Notes: generated by a model not told the origin, from the letters alone. A DNA stretch of 64,000 nucleotides from Candidatus Limnocylindria bacterium (GCA_046262115.1 JBHENJ010000080.1:7941-71940); one strand, 5' to 3'. Shown: positions 1-16,968, counted from the first letter of the stretch. Numbers and translations are program-made.

Positions 1-2
1 TC

Positions 3-455
3 GTCGCACCCGCGGGCTACGGCTCGCCACGCCGCGCCGTGAACGGGATAGATCTCAACCGGGTCCTGATGCTGATCGCCGTCCTGGCCCGGCACGCCGG
101 CCTCAACCTGACCGGCCACGACGTCTACGTCAACGTCGCGGGCGGCCTCCGCATCGACGAGCCCGCGGTGGATCTCGCGGCGGCCGCAGCCCTGGCGTCG
201 AGCCTGCGCGGCGTCCCGATCCGTCCCGCCACGGCGCTGGCCGGCGAGCTCTCGCTGTCCGGGCGCCTGCGGGCGGCGGGCCGCCTCGAGAGCCGCCTCG
301 CCGAGGCGGGACGGCTGGGCTTCGAGCGGCTGGTCAGCGGCCCGCCGAACGGGCCACCGTCGGCCGCGCCGGCGCGATCGCCGCATTCGCGCCCCGAGCT
401 CGTCGCGGCGGGGGACATCCGATCCGCGCTGGACGCAGCGCTCGCTCGCTTCTGA
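3..455 (+). CDS. radA: DNA repair protein RadA/Sms, C-terminal Lon-like domain (5-prime partial, runs off window start)
   Basis: Translation ...GIDLNRVLMLIAVLARHAGLNLTGHDVYVNVAGGLRIDEPAVDLAAAAALASSLRGVPI matches the conserved RadA C-terminal domain; stop TGA 453-455. Confidence 0.85.
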   Translation, partial: VAPAGYGSPRRAVNGIDLNRVLMLIAVLARHAGLNLTGHDVYVNVAGGLRIDEPAVDLAAAAALASSLRGVPIRPATALAGELSLSGRLRAAGRLESRLAEAGRLGFERLVSGPPNGPPSAAPARSPHSRPELVAAGDIRSALDAALARF

Positions 456-578
456 CGCCCGATTGCCGCCCTCCGGCGCCCGTGCTAGGCTCGAAACGGT
501 TCATCGAGCACGGTTCATCGCTCGTCATCGGTCGATCGTCTCGTCCATTCATCGCCCGCGAAGCGGATTCATAGCGCC

Positions 579-1631
579 ATGACCAAGTTCATCCAGCTCG
601 TCGGTGCGTTCATCGGCACCGGGCTCGGCCTTCTCCTGGGGCTGGTCATCCTCGAGGTGCGCGGCGACGCCGTGAGCCCAGCCAACCGGCCGGCGTTCCT
701 GATGGCCATGGTCGCCGCGTCGCTCCTCTTCGGGTACCTCGTGATCCCTTACATCACCGTCCGGCCCGCGCGCTGGGCGGTCGGGCGGTTGTCCGAGGCG
801 AGCGCGGGGGACTACGGCCTGGCCGTCGGCGCGGTCGTGGTCGGACTCCTGATGGGGTTCCTGCTCGGCGTCCCGCTGTCGGCGCTCCCCGGGCCGTTCG
901 GCGACATCCTGCCGCCGTTCGTCTCGATCGTCCTCGCGCTCGTGATGGCGTGGGCGACCCTGTACAAGCGCGACGAGCTGCTGTCGGCGCTCGCCGGTTT
1001 GATCCCCGGCCGCCGTCGCGGCGCCGGACGGCAGCTGATCCTCGTCGACACCAGCGCGATCATCGACGGTCGCATCGTCGACATCAGCAAGACCGGGTTC
1101 GTCATGGGCACGCTCGTCATCCCGCGCTTCGTCCTGGACGAGCTCCAGCGCATCGCGGACTCATCGGACCCCCTGCGGCGTAATCGCGGGCGGCGGGGTC
1201 TCGAGATGCTGAGCACCCTCCAGCGCGAATCGGTCTCGCCGGTCGAGATCGGAGAGGACGACGACGGCGAGGCGGGGGAGGTCGACGCGAAACTCGTCGC
1301 GCACGCGCGTGCGTACGAGGCGAGCATCCTGACGAACGACTTTAACCTGAACCGTGTCGCGGAGGTCCAGGGGATCCGCGTGCTGAACATCAACCAGCTG
1401 GCGAACGCCGTGAAGTCGGTCCTGCATCCCGGCGAGGAGATGAGCGTGAGGATCATCCAGGAAGGGAAGGAGCCGGGTCAGGGGGTCGGCTACCTGGACG
1501 ACGGCACGATGATCGTCGTCGAGCAGGGCAGTCGATATATCGACCGGGAGATCGGCGTCACGGTCACGCGCGTCCTCCAGACGGTCGCGGGAAGGATGAT
1601 CTTCGCGCAGCCGCGTCCCGACCGGGCCTGA
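579..1631 (+). CDS. PIN + TRAM domain membrane protein (YacL family)
   Basis: N-terminal 4 TM helices, then a PIN-like segment (LILVDTSAIIDGRI...VIPRFVLDELQ) and a C-terminal TRAM-like beta domain; the position between radA and ispD matches B. subtilis yacL. Confidence 0.7.
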   Translation: MTKFIQLVGAFIGTGLGLLLGLVILEVRGDAVSPANRPAFLMAMVAASLLFGYLVIPYITVRPARWAVGRLSEASAGDYGLAVGAVVVGLLMGFLLGVPLSALPGPFGDILPPFVSIVLALVMAWATLYKRDELLSALAGLIPGRRRGAGRQLILVDTSAIIDGRIVDISKTGFVMGTLVIPRFVLDELQRIADSSDPLRRNRGRRGLEMLSTLQRESVSPVEIGEDDDGEAGEVDAKLVAHARAYEASILTNDFNLNRVAEVQGIRVLNINQLANAVKSVLHPGEEMSVRIIQEGKEPGQGVGYLDDGTMIVVEQGSRYIDREIGVTVTRVLQTVAGRMIFAQPRPDRA

Positions 1632-1637
1632 CGACCG

Positions 1638-2840
1638 ATGCCGCCGCTCGTCGGCGTGCTCGTCGCCGCGGGCTCGAGCAGCCGGATGGGGCTTGACAAG
1701 CTATGGATCGAGATCGCCGGGCGTCCGGTCTGGCGCTGGGCGTTCGACGCCATGATCGCCGTTCCGGACATGGCGGCCGTCGCGGTCGTGACGCCGGCGG
1801 GATCCGAAGCCGCGTTCCGCGAGCGGATCGGTGACGCGCCTCACTGCCTGATCGTCCCGGGCGGCAGCGTCCGGGCCGACTCGGTCCTGGCGGGGCTCGA
1901 CGCGCTGGCGAATCACGGCCTGACGGACGAGACCGTCGTGCTCGTCCATGACGCAGCACGCCCGGCGGCCGGCGCCGACTTGCTGGATCGCGTCCGTCGC
2001 GCCGCCTCTTCCGGGCGGGCGGTCGTCCCGGTCGTGCCCGCGCGCGACTCGCTATGGCGCGTCGCGGGCGCCGCGTCGGGGGACGCGATCATGGGCGAGC
2101 CTGTCGACCGAGACCGCGCCGTCGTCGCGCAGACGCCCCAGGCGGCCCGGCTCGGTGACCTGCGGGTGGCGCTGCGCGAGGCGCGCGCCGCCGGCGAGAG
2201 CCCTGGCGACGAGGCTGCCGCGCTCACGGCCCGCGGCATAGAGATCACTACCGTCGCCGGAGAGCCCGAGAACGTGAAGCTGACCGATCCGGGCGACGAG
2301 CGCCTCCTCGAAGCGGTGCTGCTTCGACGCGGGGTCCCCGCCGTCGAGGCGCGCGACGTCCCGACCGGAGCCCGCGCGGGGATCGGGTTCGACGCGCACC
2401 GCCTTGCGACCGGGCGACCGATGATCCTGGGCGGCCTCCCCTTCGCCGACGAGCCGCGGGGTCCGGCCGGCCACTCCGACGGCGACGTGGTGCTGCATGC
2501 CGTGGTCGACGCCCTGCTCGGCGCGGCGCGTCTCGGCGACATCGGCGGCCTCTTCCCTGACGAGGAGCGGTGGCGCGCGGCCGACAGCGCCGAGCTCCTG
2601 CGGCAGACGCTCGAGCGCGTCGCCCGCTGCGGCTTTGCGCCGACGTCGGTCGACGTCACCGTTGTCGCGGCGGCGCCGCGCATCGCGCCGCGCGCGGCGG
2701 AGATGGCGGTGCGCGTGGCAGGCCTCATCGGCCTCGCCGTGACCGCGGTGAACGTCAAGGCGACGACGACCGACGGGCTGGGGTTTCCCGCGGGCGAGGG
2801 CATCGCGGCCTACGCCGTGGTGGTCGTCGAGCGGCGGTGA
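1638..2840 (+). CDS. ispDF: Bifunctional 2-C-methyl-D-erythritol 4-phosphate cytidylyltransferase / MEcPP synthase (IspD-IspF fusion)
   Basis: N-terminal half is IspD-like (GVLVAAGSSSRMG...); C-terminal half is IspF-like (GIGFDAHRL...HSDGDVVLHAVVDALLGAA...LGDIG); single 400-aa ORF. Confidence 0.9.
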   Translation: MPPLVGVLVAAGSSSRMGLDKLWIEIAGRPVWRWAFDAMIAVPDMAAVAVVTPAGSEAAFRERIGDAPHCLIVPGGSVRADSVLAGLDALANHGLTDETVVLVHDAARPAAGADLLDRVRRAASSGRAVVPVVPARDSLWRVAGAASGDAIMGEPVDRDRAVVAQTPQAARLGDLRVALREARAAGESPGDEAAALTARGIEITTVAGEPENVKLTDPGDERLLEAVLLRRGVPAVEARDVPTGARAGIGFDAHRLATGRPMILGGLPFADEPRGPAGHSDGDVVLHAVVDALLGAARLGDIGGLFPDEERWRAADSAELLRQTLERVARCGFAPTSVDVTVVAAAPRIAPRAAEMAVRVAGLIGLAVTAVNVKATTTDGLGFPAGEGIAAYAVVVVERR

Positions 2841-3613
2841 GCGAGCTCGTGGGAGGGCGCCGGCCCGTGGCCGAGGCGCTCGCGAGCGGCCGGCGCGCCG
2901 AGCGGCTTATCCTCGGCGCGAACAGCCGCCGCCCGAATCCCGAGCTGCGCTCGATCATCACCGAGGCCAGGCGGAGGGGGATCCCCGTCGAGGAGCGCGA
3001 CTCCGGGACGCTCCAGCGCCTCGCCGGTTTCGACGGGCACCAGGGCGTGCTGCTGGAGGTCGCCGACCGCCGCTACAGCGACCTCGCCGAGATCGTCGCG
3101 CTCGCCGTCCGCCGCAACGCCGAGCCGTTAGTTATCGTCCTCGACTCGCTGCAGGATCCGGTCAACTTCGGGTCCCTGCTCCGTGCGGCCGAGGCGGCCG
3201 GAGTGCACGGCGTCGTCTTCCCAGAACGCGGCGCCGCTCCGCTCTCACCCGCCGCGGTGAAGGCCTCCGCAGGGGCCAGCGAGCACCTGCTCCTCGCCCG
3301 CGTGGAAAGCCTGAGCGCGTCGCTCGACGAGCTGCGCGCGCGGAACGTCCGGATAGTCGCCGCGGACCAGGACGCCACCGCGACCGCTTGGGAGACCGAT
3401 CTCTCGGGCGCAGTCGCGGTCGTCGTGGGCGCTGAGGGCGCCGGCCTGTCGGCGGGGACCCGCCGCCGTTGCGACGAGCTGGTCCGGTTTCCGATGGCGG
3501 GTGCCATCGGCTCGCTCAATGCCGCGACCGCGGGCGCGCTCCTCGTCTTCGAGGTGGTCCGGCAGCGGTCGGGAGCGGCTCGCGCGCTAGAATCGGCCCC
3601 GGCGCCGACGTAG
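2837..3613 (+). CDS. rlmB: TrmH/SpoU-family 23S rRNA 2-prime-O-methyltransferase (RlmB-like)
   Basis: SpoU motifs (LDSLQDPVNFGSLLRAAEAAG, VVVGAEGAGLS, SLNAATAGALLVFE); GTG 2837 overlaps the ispDF stop; alternative GTG at 2849. Confidence 0.8.
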   Translation: MSELVGGRRPVAEALASGRRAERLILGANSRRPNPELRSIITEARRRGIPVEERDSGTLQRLAGFDGHQGVLLEVADRRYSDLAEIVALAVRRNAEPLVIVLDSLQDPVNFGSLLRAAEAAGVHGVVFPERGAAPLSPAAVKASAGASEHLLLARVESLSASLDELRARNVRIVAADQDATATAWETDLSGAVAVVVGAEGAGLSAGTRRRCDELVRFPMAGAIGSLNAATAGALLVFEVVRQRSGAARALESAPAPT

Positions 3614-3676
3614 CTCAATTGGCAGAGCAGTGGTTTTGTAAACCACCGGTTCTCGGTTCGACCCCGAGCGTCGGCT
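3604..3676 (+). tRNA. tRNA-Thr (anticodon UGU)
   Basis: Cloverleaf folds by eye: acceptor gccgacg/cgtcggc, D-stem gctc/gagc, anticodon stem gtggt/accac with loop tttgtaa, T-arm ctcgg-ttcgacc-ccgag; CCA not encoded. Confidence 0.9.
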
Positions 3677-3682
3677 TCACCC

Positions 3683-4012
3683 CTACGTCTCGCCGACCAC
3701 CTCGTAGTGCTCGATCGCGGTCACCTCGCCGCCGATCTGGGCGGTCACGGCGTGACGCAGCATCGCGGCTGCCTCCTCGCTCGCGCGCATGGCGGCCTCC
3801 GTCTCCCAGAGGCTGAGCACGGCCGCCTCCCCGGTCGTGCGGTCCACCATCCAGTAGCCGTGCACCTGGCCCTCGCGCTGGCGCGCGCGCGGGATCACCT
3901 GCTCATGGAGGAGGAAGATCCCGTCCTCCACTCTCCGCGGGTCACCCTTGAACCTCGTGATCCTAGCGTACACGCGGCTCCCCCCGGAATCCTCCTCCGA
4001 CCCTGTCGTCAA
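3683..4012 (-). CDS. Small hypothetical protein, possibly ABM/Dabb-like
   Basis: 109-aa ORF convergent with and directly abutting the 3-prime end of tRNA-Thr; weak resemblance to antibiotic-biosynthesis-monooxygenase-type small proteins; no strong motif. Confidence 0.4.
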   Translation of the reverse strand: MTTGSEEDSGGSRVYARITRFKGDPRRVEDGIFLLHEQVIPRARQREGQVHGYWMVDRTTGEAAVLSLWETEAAMRASEEAAAMLRHAVTAQIGGEVTAIEHYEVVGET

Positions 4013-4101
4013 CTTCGCCGTGGTCGCGGCAGTCTGTCGGCTGCCGCTCCGACCGCGGCCCGGAAGATGTAATCTACGCGGCGCCGAAAGGAGGGCACAG
4101 C

Positions 4102-4182
4102 ATGGACCTGATCTGGATCATCATCATCGTCCTGATCGTACTAGCCCTGCTCGGGTTCCTCGGGCGCGGTCGCTTCTACTAG
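4102..4182 (+). CDS. 26-aa hydrophobic membrane peptide (MDLIWIIIIVLIVLALLGFLGRGRFY)
   Basis: Strong SD (aaaggagg) 7 nt upstream of the ATG; a single predicted TM helix followed by a basic tail; sits between tRNA-Thr and tRNA-Tyr. Confidence 0.35.
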   Translation: MDLIWIIIIVLIVLALLGFLGRGRFY

Positions 4183-4198
4183 AGCCGATCGCTCCGAA

Positions 4199-4228
4199 TT
4201 GAGCGCCCGCCCGCGCCGGCGATATACT
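4199..4228 (+). promoter_or_regulatory. Sigma70-like promoter for tRNA-Tyr/tRNA-Thr (TTGAGC - 18 nt - TATACT)
   Basis: -35 at 4199-4204, -10 at 4223-4228, 21 nt upstream of tRNA-Tyr; a 10-bp inverted repeat (4209-4239) overlaps the -10. Confidence 0.45.
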
Positions 4229-4248
4229 GCGGCGCGGGCTGCGGCCGC

Positions 4249-4334
4249 GGGTAGGTTGAGCAGGTGGTGAGCTCCGCTGACTGTAGATCAGCCGTCTTTC
4301 GACTGTGGGGGTTCGATTCCCTCCCTGCCCACCA
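4249..4334 (+). tRNA. tRNA-Tyr (anticodon GUA), long variable arm, CCA encoded
   Basis: Acceptor gggtagg/cctgccc (one G-U), anticodon stem gctga/tcagc with loop ctgtaga, long variable arm, T-arm ggggg-ttcgatt-ccctc, 3-prime ACCA. Confidence 0.9.
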
Positions 4335-4343
4335 ACACGACGG

Positions 4344-4419
4344 GCCCACATAGCTCAGCAGGCAGAGCACTTCCTTGGTAAGGAAGAGGTCTCCGGTTCG
4401 AACCCGGATGTGGGCTCCA
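4344..4419 (+). tRNA. tRNA-Thr (anticodon GGU), CCA encoded
   Basis: Acceptor gcccaca/tgtgggc, D-arm gctc-agcaggca-gagc, anticodon stem cttcc/ggaag with loop ttggtaa, T-arm tccgg-ttcgaac-ccgga, 3-prime TCCA. Confidence 0.9.
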
Positions 4420-4439
4420 GGTAACCGGGGACGATAAGC

Positions 4440-5492
4440 GTGGATCCGAACGTCATCCTGCCGCTCCTGTCGTCGGTGGTCTCGTTCGTGTTCGCGGCGC
4501 TCGTCCTCGACCAGTGGCTTCGTCGACGGCGCCCGTACCAGCTTGTGTGGACCATCGGCCTCCTGTGGTACGGCATCAGCGCCGGCACGGAGTTCGTGGG
4601 CGGCGCGTTCGGTTGGAGCGACCCGCTGTACCGCGCGTGGTACCTCTTCGGCGCGTTCGGCGTGGCGGCGTACCTCGGCCTCGGCACCGTCTACCTGCTC
4701 AACCGGACGCGATTCGGGTATTTCGTGGCGTTCTCGCTGTTCGCCGGCGGCCTGTTCAGCATCCTGTCAGCGGTTGCGCGCGCGCGCGAGGGTGATCCCG
4801 TCGCGCCCGCCGCCGTCGTCGCGGTCGTCGGCGTCGCCTCCCTCGGCGCCGTGATGTTGATCGCGACCACCCGGCTCGACCGGCGCTTCGTCGCCCCGGC
4901 CACCGCGACGTTGCTGGCGGCAGCGTCGATGGTCGTGACCGTGCTCGTGCTTACCGCTCCGCTCGAGGCGCCGGGGTATGCCCTCGACCCCGCGACGGGT
5001 GTCCCGGTCGGAACGGCATTCCCGTCGTACGTCCGCATCCTGACCCCTCCGTTCAACATCACCGGCGCGTTCGCCCTCGTCTTCGGTGCGGTGTACTCGG
5101 CGTACATCTTCATGCCCAAGCGGCGGGTGGTGCGCGTGCGAACCGCGATACCGCTGGTCTCGCATGCCGCGCGCGCGGTCGCGGTGACGATCAACTTCGC
5201 GGCGTCGATCCCGGCCGCCATCGCAGCCGGACGCCGCGGGCAGCTCAACTCGCGCGTGCCCGCCACGCTGCTCATCGCTCTCGGCGGATTCATCCCCGGC
5301 TGGACGAGCGGGCTGAACCGATTCGGCGTCACGTGGGCGTTCTTCCTCGGCGAGCTCGTCGGCGTCGTCCTGATCTTCGCGGGCTTCCTCGTGAGCATCG
5401 AGGTCTTCAGCGATCTGCGCATCCCGTTCACCGAGGTCGTCATCGGGCGGCGGGCCGTCGCGGCGGAGGCGAACCGGAGCCGACCCGGCTGA
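4440..5492 (+). CDS. Polytopic integral membrane protein of unknown function (about 9 TM)
   Basis: 350-aa ORF, GTG start, hydrophobic throughout, codon third positions strongly G/C; no recognisable catalytic motif. Confidence 0.6.
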   Translation: MDPNVILPLLSSVVSFVFAALVLDQWLRRRRPYQLVWTIGLLWYGISAGTEFVGGAFGWSDPLYRAWYLFGAFGVAAYLGLGTVYLLNRTRFGYFVAFSLFAGGLFSILSAVARAREGDPVAPAAVVAVVGVASLGAVMLIATTRLDRRFVAPATATLLAAASMVVTVLVLTAPLEAPGYALDPATGVPVGTAFPSYVRILTPPFNITGAFALVFGAVYSAYIFMPKRRVVRVRTAIPLVSHAARAVAVTINFAASIPAAIAAGRRGQLNSRVPATLLIALGGFIPGWTSGLNRFGVTWAFFLGELVGVVLIFAGFLVSIEVFSDLRIPFTEVVIGRRAVAAEANRSRPG

Positions 5493-5513
5493 AGCCGCGC
5501 GCCTCGCGCTGCA

Positions 5514-5543
5514 TTGACGGAGCACGCTCGGCGGCCCTACAAT
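5514..5543 (+). promoter_or_regulatory. Sigma70-like promoter for rpmG-tRNA-Trp-secE-nusG (TTGACG - 18 nt - TACAAT)
   Basis: -35 at 5514-5519, -10 at 5538-5543, in the intergenic region after the membrane-protein gene. Confidence 0.5.
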
Positions 5544-5637
5544 CGCTGCCTTCCCCGAGACCGAGCCCTAGAGTCCCGTGGCCGCCTGTCGGCGCCCGGG
5601 TGCCATCGGCCCCGAGGGCGGTGAGGACTCACGAGCA

Positions 5638-5802
5638 GTGGCCAAGACAGAGAATCGACCGGTGATCGCGCTTGCGTGCACGACATGCCGGGAGCGGACG
5701 TACAGCACCCGCAAGAACAAGAAGAACGATCCGGGCCGGATGGAGCTGAACAAGTTCTGCCCGCGTTGCCGGCACCACACGCTGCACCGGGAGGCGAAAT
5801 AG
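5638..5802 (+). CDS. rpmG: 50S ribosomal protein L33
   Basis: [54 protein letters not shown] has the C4 Zn-ribbon L33 signature; GTG start chosen inside the longer ORF 5578-5802. Confidence 0.85.
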   Translation: MAKTENRPVIALACTTCRERTYSTRKNKKNDPGRMELNKFCPRCRHHTLHREAK

Positions 5803-5817
5803 CGCGCCGATCGGCGA

Positions 5818-5893
5818 AGGGGTGTAGCTCAATTGGTAGAGCACTGGTCTCCAAAACCAGCGGTTGTGGGTTCGAGTCCCGCCGCCCCTGCCA
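5818..5893 (+). tRNA. tRNA-Trp (anticodon CCA), CCA encoded
   Basis: Acceptor aggggtg/cgcccct, anticodon stem ctggt/accag with loop ctccaaa, T-arm gtggg-ttcgagt-cccgc; classic rpmG-tRNA-Trp-secE position. Confidence 0.9.
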
Positions 5894-5953
5894 ACCCGAA
5901 TCGACGACACCGCGCGGAACGACGATGAACGATCGGATGCGAGCGCTGCCGGC

Positions 5954-6142
5954 ATGAGGCTTCAGGGCGTTCGGCAGTACCTGGCCGAGAGCTGGTCGGA
6001 GCTGAAGAAGGTGGCGTGGCCGACGCGGCAGATGGTGGTCAACCTGACGCTCATCGTGCTCGTCGTCGCCGTCTTGGTCGGCGGCTACATCCAGGTGATC
6101 GACTTGACGCTGAGAACGGGACTTGAGCAGGTGCTGAGATGA
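5954..6142 (+). CDS. secE: Preprotein translocase subunit SecE
   Basis: MRLQGVRQYLAESWSELKKVAWPTRQMVVNLTLIVLVVAVLVGGYIQVIDL is the single-TM SecE signature; ATG 5954 chosen because the upstream part of ORF 5864 overlaps tRNA-Trp. Confidence 0.8.
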   Translation: MRLQGVRQYLAESWSELKKVAWPTRQMVVNLTLIVLVVAVLVGGYIQVIDLTLRTGLEQVLR

Positions 6143-6720
6143 CCGAACGACGGCAGGCGACCGCGCACCTCGACGACGCCTACGCGGCCGAGCGTGACAA
6201 GAAGCAGTGGTACGTCATCCATACCTACTCGGGCTACGAGAACAAGGTCAAGGCGAACCTCGAGCACCGCATCGAGTCGATGGGCGTGGAGGACCAGATC
6301 TTCCAGGTGCTCGTGCCGATGGAGGAGGAGATCGAGATCAAGAACGGCCAGCGGCAAACCGTCAACAAGAAGGTTTTCCCCGGCTACGTGCTGGTCGAGA
6401 TGCTCATGACCGATGACTCCTGGTACGTCGTGCGCAACACGCCCGGCGTGACCAGCTTCGTCGGCTCGGGGAACAAGCCGACCCCGCTCATGGAGGGCGA
6501 GGTCAAGTCGATCCTCAAGCAGATGGGCGTCGAGACGCCGAAGTTCAAGGTCCAGTTCCAGAAGAGCCAGAGCGTGCGCGTCACCGACGGGCCGTTCGCC
6601 GAGTTCATCGGCACCGTGGACGAGGTCAACCCGGAGCGCAACAAGGTCAAGGTGCTCGTGAGCATCTTCGGCCGCGAGACGCCGGTCGAGCTCGATTTCC
6701 TCCAGATCGAGAAGCTGTAG
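6139..6720 (+). CDS. nusG: Transcription termination/antitermination factor NusG
   Basis: NGN domain ([16 protein letters not shown]) plus C-terminal KOW (FEVGDRVRV-like ...[16 protein letters not shown]). Confidence 0.95.
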   Translation: MTERRQATAHLDDAYAAERDKKQWYVIHTYSGYENKVKANLEHRIESMGVEDQIFQVLVPMEEEIEIKNGQRQTVNKKVFPGYVLVEMLMTDDSWYVVRNTPGVTSFVGSGNKPTPLMEGEVKSILKQMGVETPKFKVQFQKSQSVRVTDGPFAEFIGTVDEVNPERNKVKVLVSIFGRETPVELDFLQIEKL

Positions 6721-6727
6721 GCGACCG

Positions 6728-7153
6728 GTGGCCAAGAAGGTACGGGCGATCGTGAAGGTCCAGGCGCCCGCCGGCAAGGCGACCGCTGCCCCTCCCGTGG
6801 GGCCGGCGCTGGGCCAGCACGGGATCAACATCATGGAGTTCATCAAGGCGTTCAACGAGCGGACGGCAGCGCAGACCGGCTACGTCGTGCCGGCGGAGAT
6901 CACCGTCTTCGAGGATCGCTCGTTCACATTCGTGACGAAGGCGCCGCTGGCCGCGGCGCTGCTTAGGCGCGCCGCGGGCATCGAGACCGGCTCGGGGACG
7001 CCGAACCGCGAGAAGGTTGGCCGCGTCACGCGCGACCAGGTCCGCCAGATCGCCGAGACGAAGATGACGGACCTCAACGCGAACAGCATCGAGCAGGCCA
7101 TGCGGATCATCGAGGGCACCGCACGCAGCATGGGGATCGAGGTGACCGCCTGA
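6728..7153 (+). CDS. rplK: 50S ribosomal protein L11
   Basis: [44 protein letters not shown] is canonical L11. Confidence 0.95.
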   Translation: MAKKVRAIVKVQAPAGKATAAPPVGPALGQHGINIMEFIKAFNERTAAQTGYVVPAEITVFEDRSFTFVTKAPLAAALLRRAAGIETGSGTPNREKVGRVTRDQVRQIAETKMTDLNANSIEQAMRIIEGTARSMGIEVTA

Positions 7154-7860
7154 TGGTCCAGAGAGGCAAGCGCTACACCGACGCCGCCAAGCTCGTCGAT
7201 CGCGAGCGTCGCTATCCGATCGGTGAGGCGGTCGAGCTCGCTAAGCAGGTCAACACCGTCAAGTTCGACGCGACGGTCGAGGCGCACCTCCGCTTGGGAG
7301 TCGACCCGCGCCACGCCGACCAGCTGGTGCGCGGGACGGTCGTCCTGCCCCACGGGACGGGCAAGCAGACGCGCGTCATCGTTTTCGCACAGGGCCAGAA
7401 GGCGCAGGAGGCGCTCCGCGCCGGAGCCGACGAAGTCGGCGGCGAGGATCTCGTCAAGCGGATCGACGGCGGCTGGTTCGAGTTCGACCTCGCGATCGCG
7501 ACGCCTGACATGATGGGAACGGTCGGCCGACTGGGGAAGAAGCTCGGCCCGCGGGGCCTGATGCCGAATCCGAAGTCGGGCACGGTAACGTTCGACATCG
7601 AGCGCGCCGTGCGCGAGGTGAAGAGCGGCCGCATCGAGTTCAAGGTGGACCGGGCGGGGATCGTCCACGTCCCGGTAGGACGCGCGTCGTTCGAGGCGTC
7701 GAAGCTCCAGGAGAACCTGGCTGCGCTGATCGACGCCATCCAGCGCGCCAAGCCGACCGGAGCGAAGGGTACCTACATGCGATCGCTGAGTCTCGCACCG
7801 ACCATGGGGCCCGGCATCCGGGTCGACATCCCGTCGGCGCTGGCCGCAGCGAGCGCGTAG
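7153..7860 (+). CDS. rplA: 50S ribosomal protein L1
   Basis: GKRY...AKLVD...[34 protein letters not shown] is canonical L1; TGATG overlap with rplK. Confidence 0.95.
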   Translation: MVQRGKRYTDAAKLVDRERRYPIGEAVELAKQVNTVKFDATVEAHLRLGVDPRHADQLVRGTVVLPHGTGKQTRVIVFAQGQKAQEALRAGADEVGGEDLVKRIDGGWFEFDLAIATPDMMGTVGRLGKKLGPRGLMPNPKSGTVTFDIERAVREVKSGRIEFKVDRAGIVHVPVGRASFEASKLQENLAALIDAIQRAKPTGAKGTYMRSLSLAPTMGPGIRVDIPSALAAASA

Positions 7861-7870
7861 GCGGAGCGAG

Positions 7871-8416
7871 ATGCCGACCGAAGCGAAGCGCCGGGAAGTC
7901 ACCGAGCTGGCCGAGCTGCTGCGGGGCAGCTCTGCCGTGGCCAGCGTCGACTATCGCGGGCTGCGGGTGGCCGACGTCCAGACCGTGCGGCGCTCGCTGC
8001 GCGCCAACGGGGTGGGGTTCCGCGTGGTCAAGAACCGGCTCATGCGGATCGCCGCCGACGAGGCCGGCGTCCCGGAGATCAAGCCGATCCTCGACGGGCC
8101 TACTGCCGTCGCGGTGACGTCTGGAGACGAGGCCGCCCTGGCGCGCAGCGTCCTCGAGGCGCTGCGGCCGTACAGTCGCATCGTCAAGGTTCGCGGCGCC
8201 GTCCTCGGCACGCGGCTGATCGACGCGGACGCGCTCCAGCGACTCTCGGTCCTCCCCGGGCGCGACGTGCTGCTCGGGAGAGTAGCGGGAGCGATGCAGG
8301 CGCCCATGGCGCAGCTCGCATCGGTGCTGTCCGCCAATCTGCGTAGTCTCGTCGGCGTGCTGAACGCGATCGCCGAGAAGAAGGGGTCGGCCGGCGGAAC
8401 GGCCGCCGGAAGCTAA
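7871..8416 (+). CDS. rplJ: 50S ribosomal protein L10
   Basis: L10 fold and size; position between rplA and rplL. Confidence 0.9.
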   Translation: MPTEAKRREVTELAELLRGSSAVASVDYRGLRVADVQTVRRSLRANGVGFRVVKNRLMRIAADEAGVPEIKPILDGPTAVAVTSGDEAALARSVLEALRPYSRIVKVRGAVLGTRLIDADALQRLSVLPGRDVLLGRVAGAMQAPMAQLASVLSANLRSLVGVLNAIAEKKGSAGGTAAGS

Positions 8417-8427
8417 GAGGAACAGAC

Positions 8428-8829
8428 ATGGCAACCAAGACGCTCGACAAGCAGGCGATCCTCAAGGCGATCGACAACATGACCGTCCTCGAACTCTCCG
8501 AGCTGGTCAAGGCCTTCGAGGAGCGCTACGGCGTCACCGCCGCGGCACCGGTGGCGGTCGCGGCCGCACCCGCCGGAGGCGGTGATGGGGCGGCGGCAGC
8601 GGCGCCGGCCGAGGAGCAGACCGAGTTCAACGCGGTGCTCACGGACGTCGGCCCGAACAAGATCCTGGTCATCAAGGCCGTCCGCGAGCTGACCGGGCTC
8701 GGCCTCAAGGAGGCCAAGGACCTCGTCGACGCGGCGCCGAAGCCGGTCAAGGAGGGCGTCCCGCGCGAGGATGCGGACGCCGTTCGCGAGAAGCTCGCCG
8801 AGGCGGGAGCGACGGTCGAAGTCCGATAG
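8428..8829 (+). CDS. rplL: 50S ribosomal protein L7/L12
   Basis: Ala-rich hinge plus C-terminal domain [25 protein letters not shown]...[22 protein letters not shown]. Confidence 0.95.
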   Translation: MATKTLDKQAILKAIDNMTVLELSELVKAFEERYGVTAAAPVAVAAAPAGGGDGAAAAAPAEEQTEFNAVLTDVGPNKILVIKAVRELTGLGLKEAKDLVDAAPKPVKEGVPREDADAVREKLAEAGATVEVR

Positions 8830-8913
8830 CCGGCAAGAAGCGCCCGGAGCTGCTATACTCGCCGCTCCCTAGCCGTGCCGTGTCCGCCTTTCCACCTGCC
8901 CCAGGAGACCTGA

Positions 8914-12321
<3,408 letters not shown>

Positions 12322-12378
12322 CCACCCACGCGCGCGCGACCCGCCCGCGGTCTGTCCTCACAGGAGTCTTGAGAGCTG

Positions 12379-16788
<4,410 letters not shown>

Positions 16789-16796
16789 CGGTCCGG

Positions 16797-16826
16797 TTGA
16801 CACTCTGGAGCGGCGCTCCGTATACT
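16797..16826 (+). promoter_or_regulatory. Sigma70-like str-operon promoter (TTGACA - 18 nt - TATACT) followed by a roughly 140-nt GC-rich leader
   Basis: -35 consensus at 16797-16802, -10 at 16821-16826, immediately after the rpoC stop. Confidence 0.55.
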
Positions 16827-16968
16827 CGGCGGCCGGTGTCCCTCCGCGAGGGGCGCCTTCCGTGTGCCGGCCGGAGCGTGTCCGGACCCTCATAGTGATC
16901 GGGCCCCGGCTCGCCGTGTGTCCCGCGCCCGCCCGCCATCATCGGTCTTGTTCAGGGGATCCCGTCAG

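Noticed and set aside
8830-8913. Possible internal promoter/attenuator between rplL and rpoB (TATACT at 8854-8859)
   Set aside because: The -10-like hexamer lacks a convincing -35 (ccggca, 3/6 match) and there is no clear terminator hairpin with a U-tract. Left uncalled.
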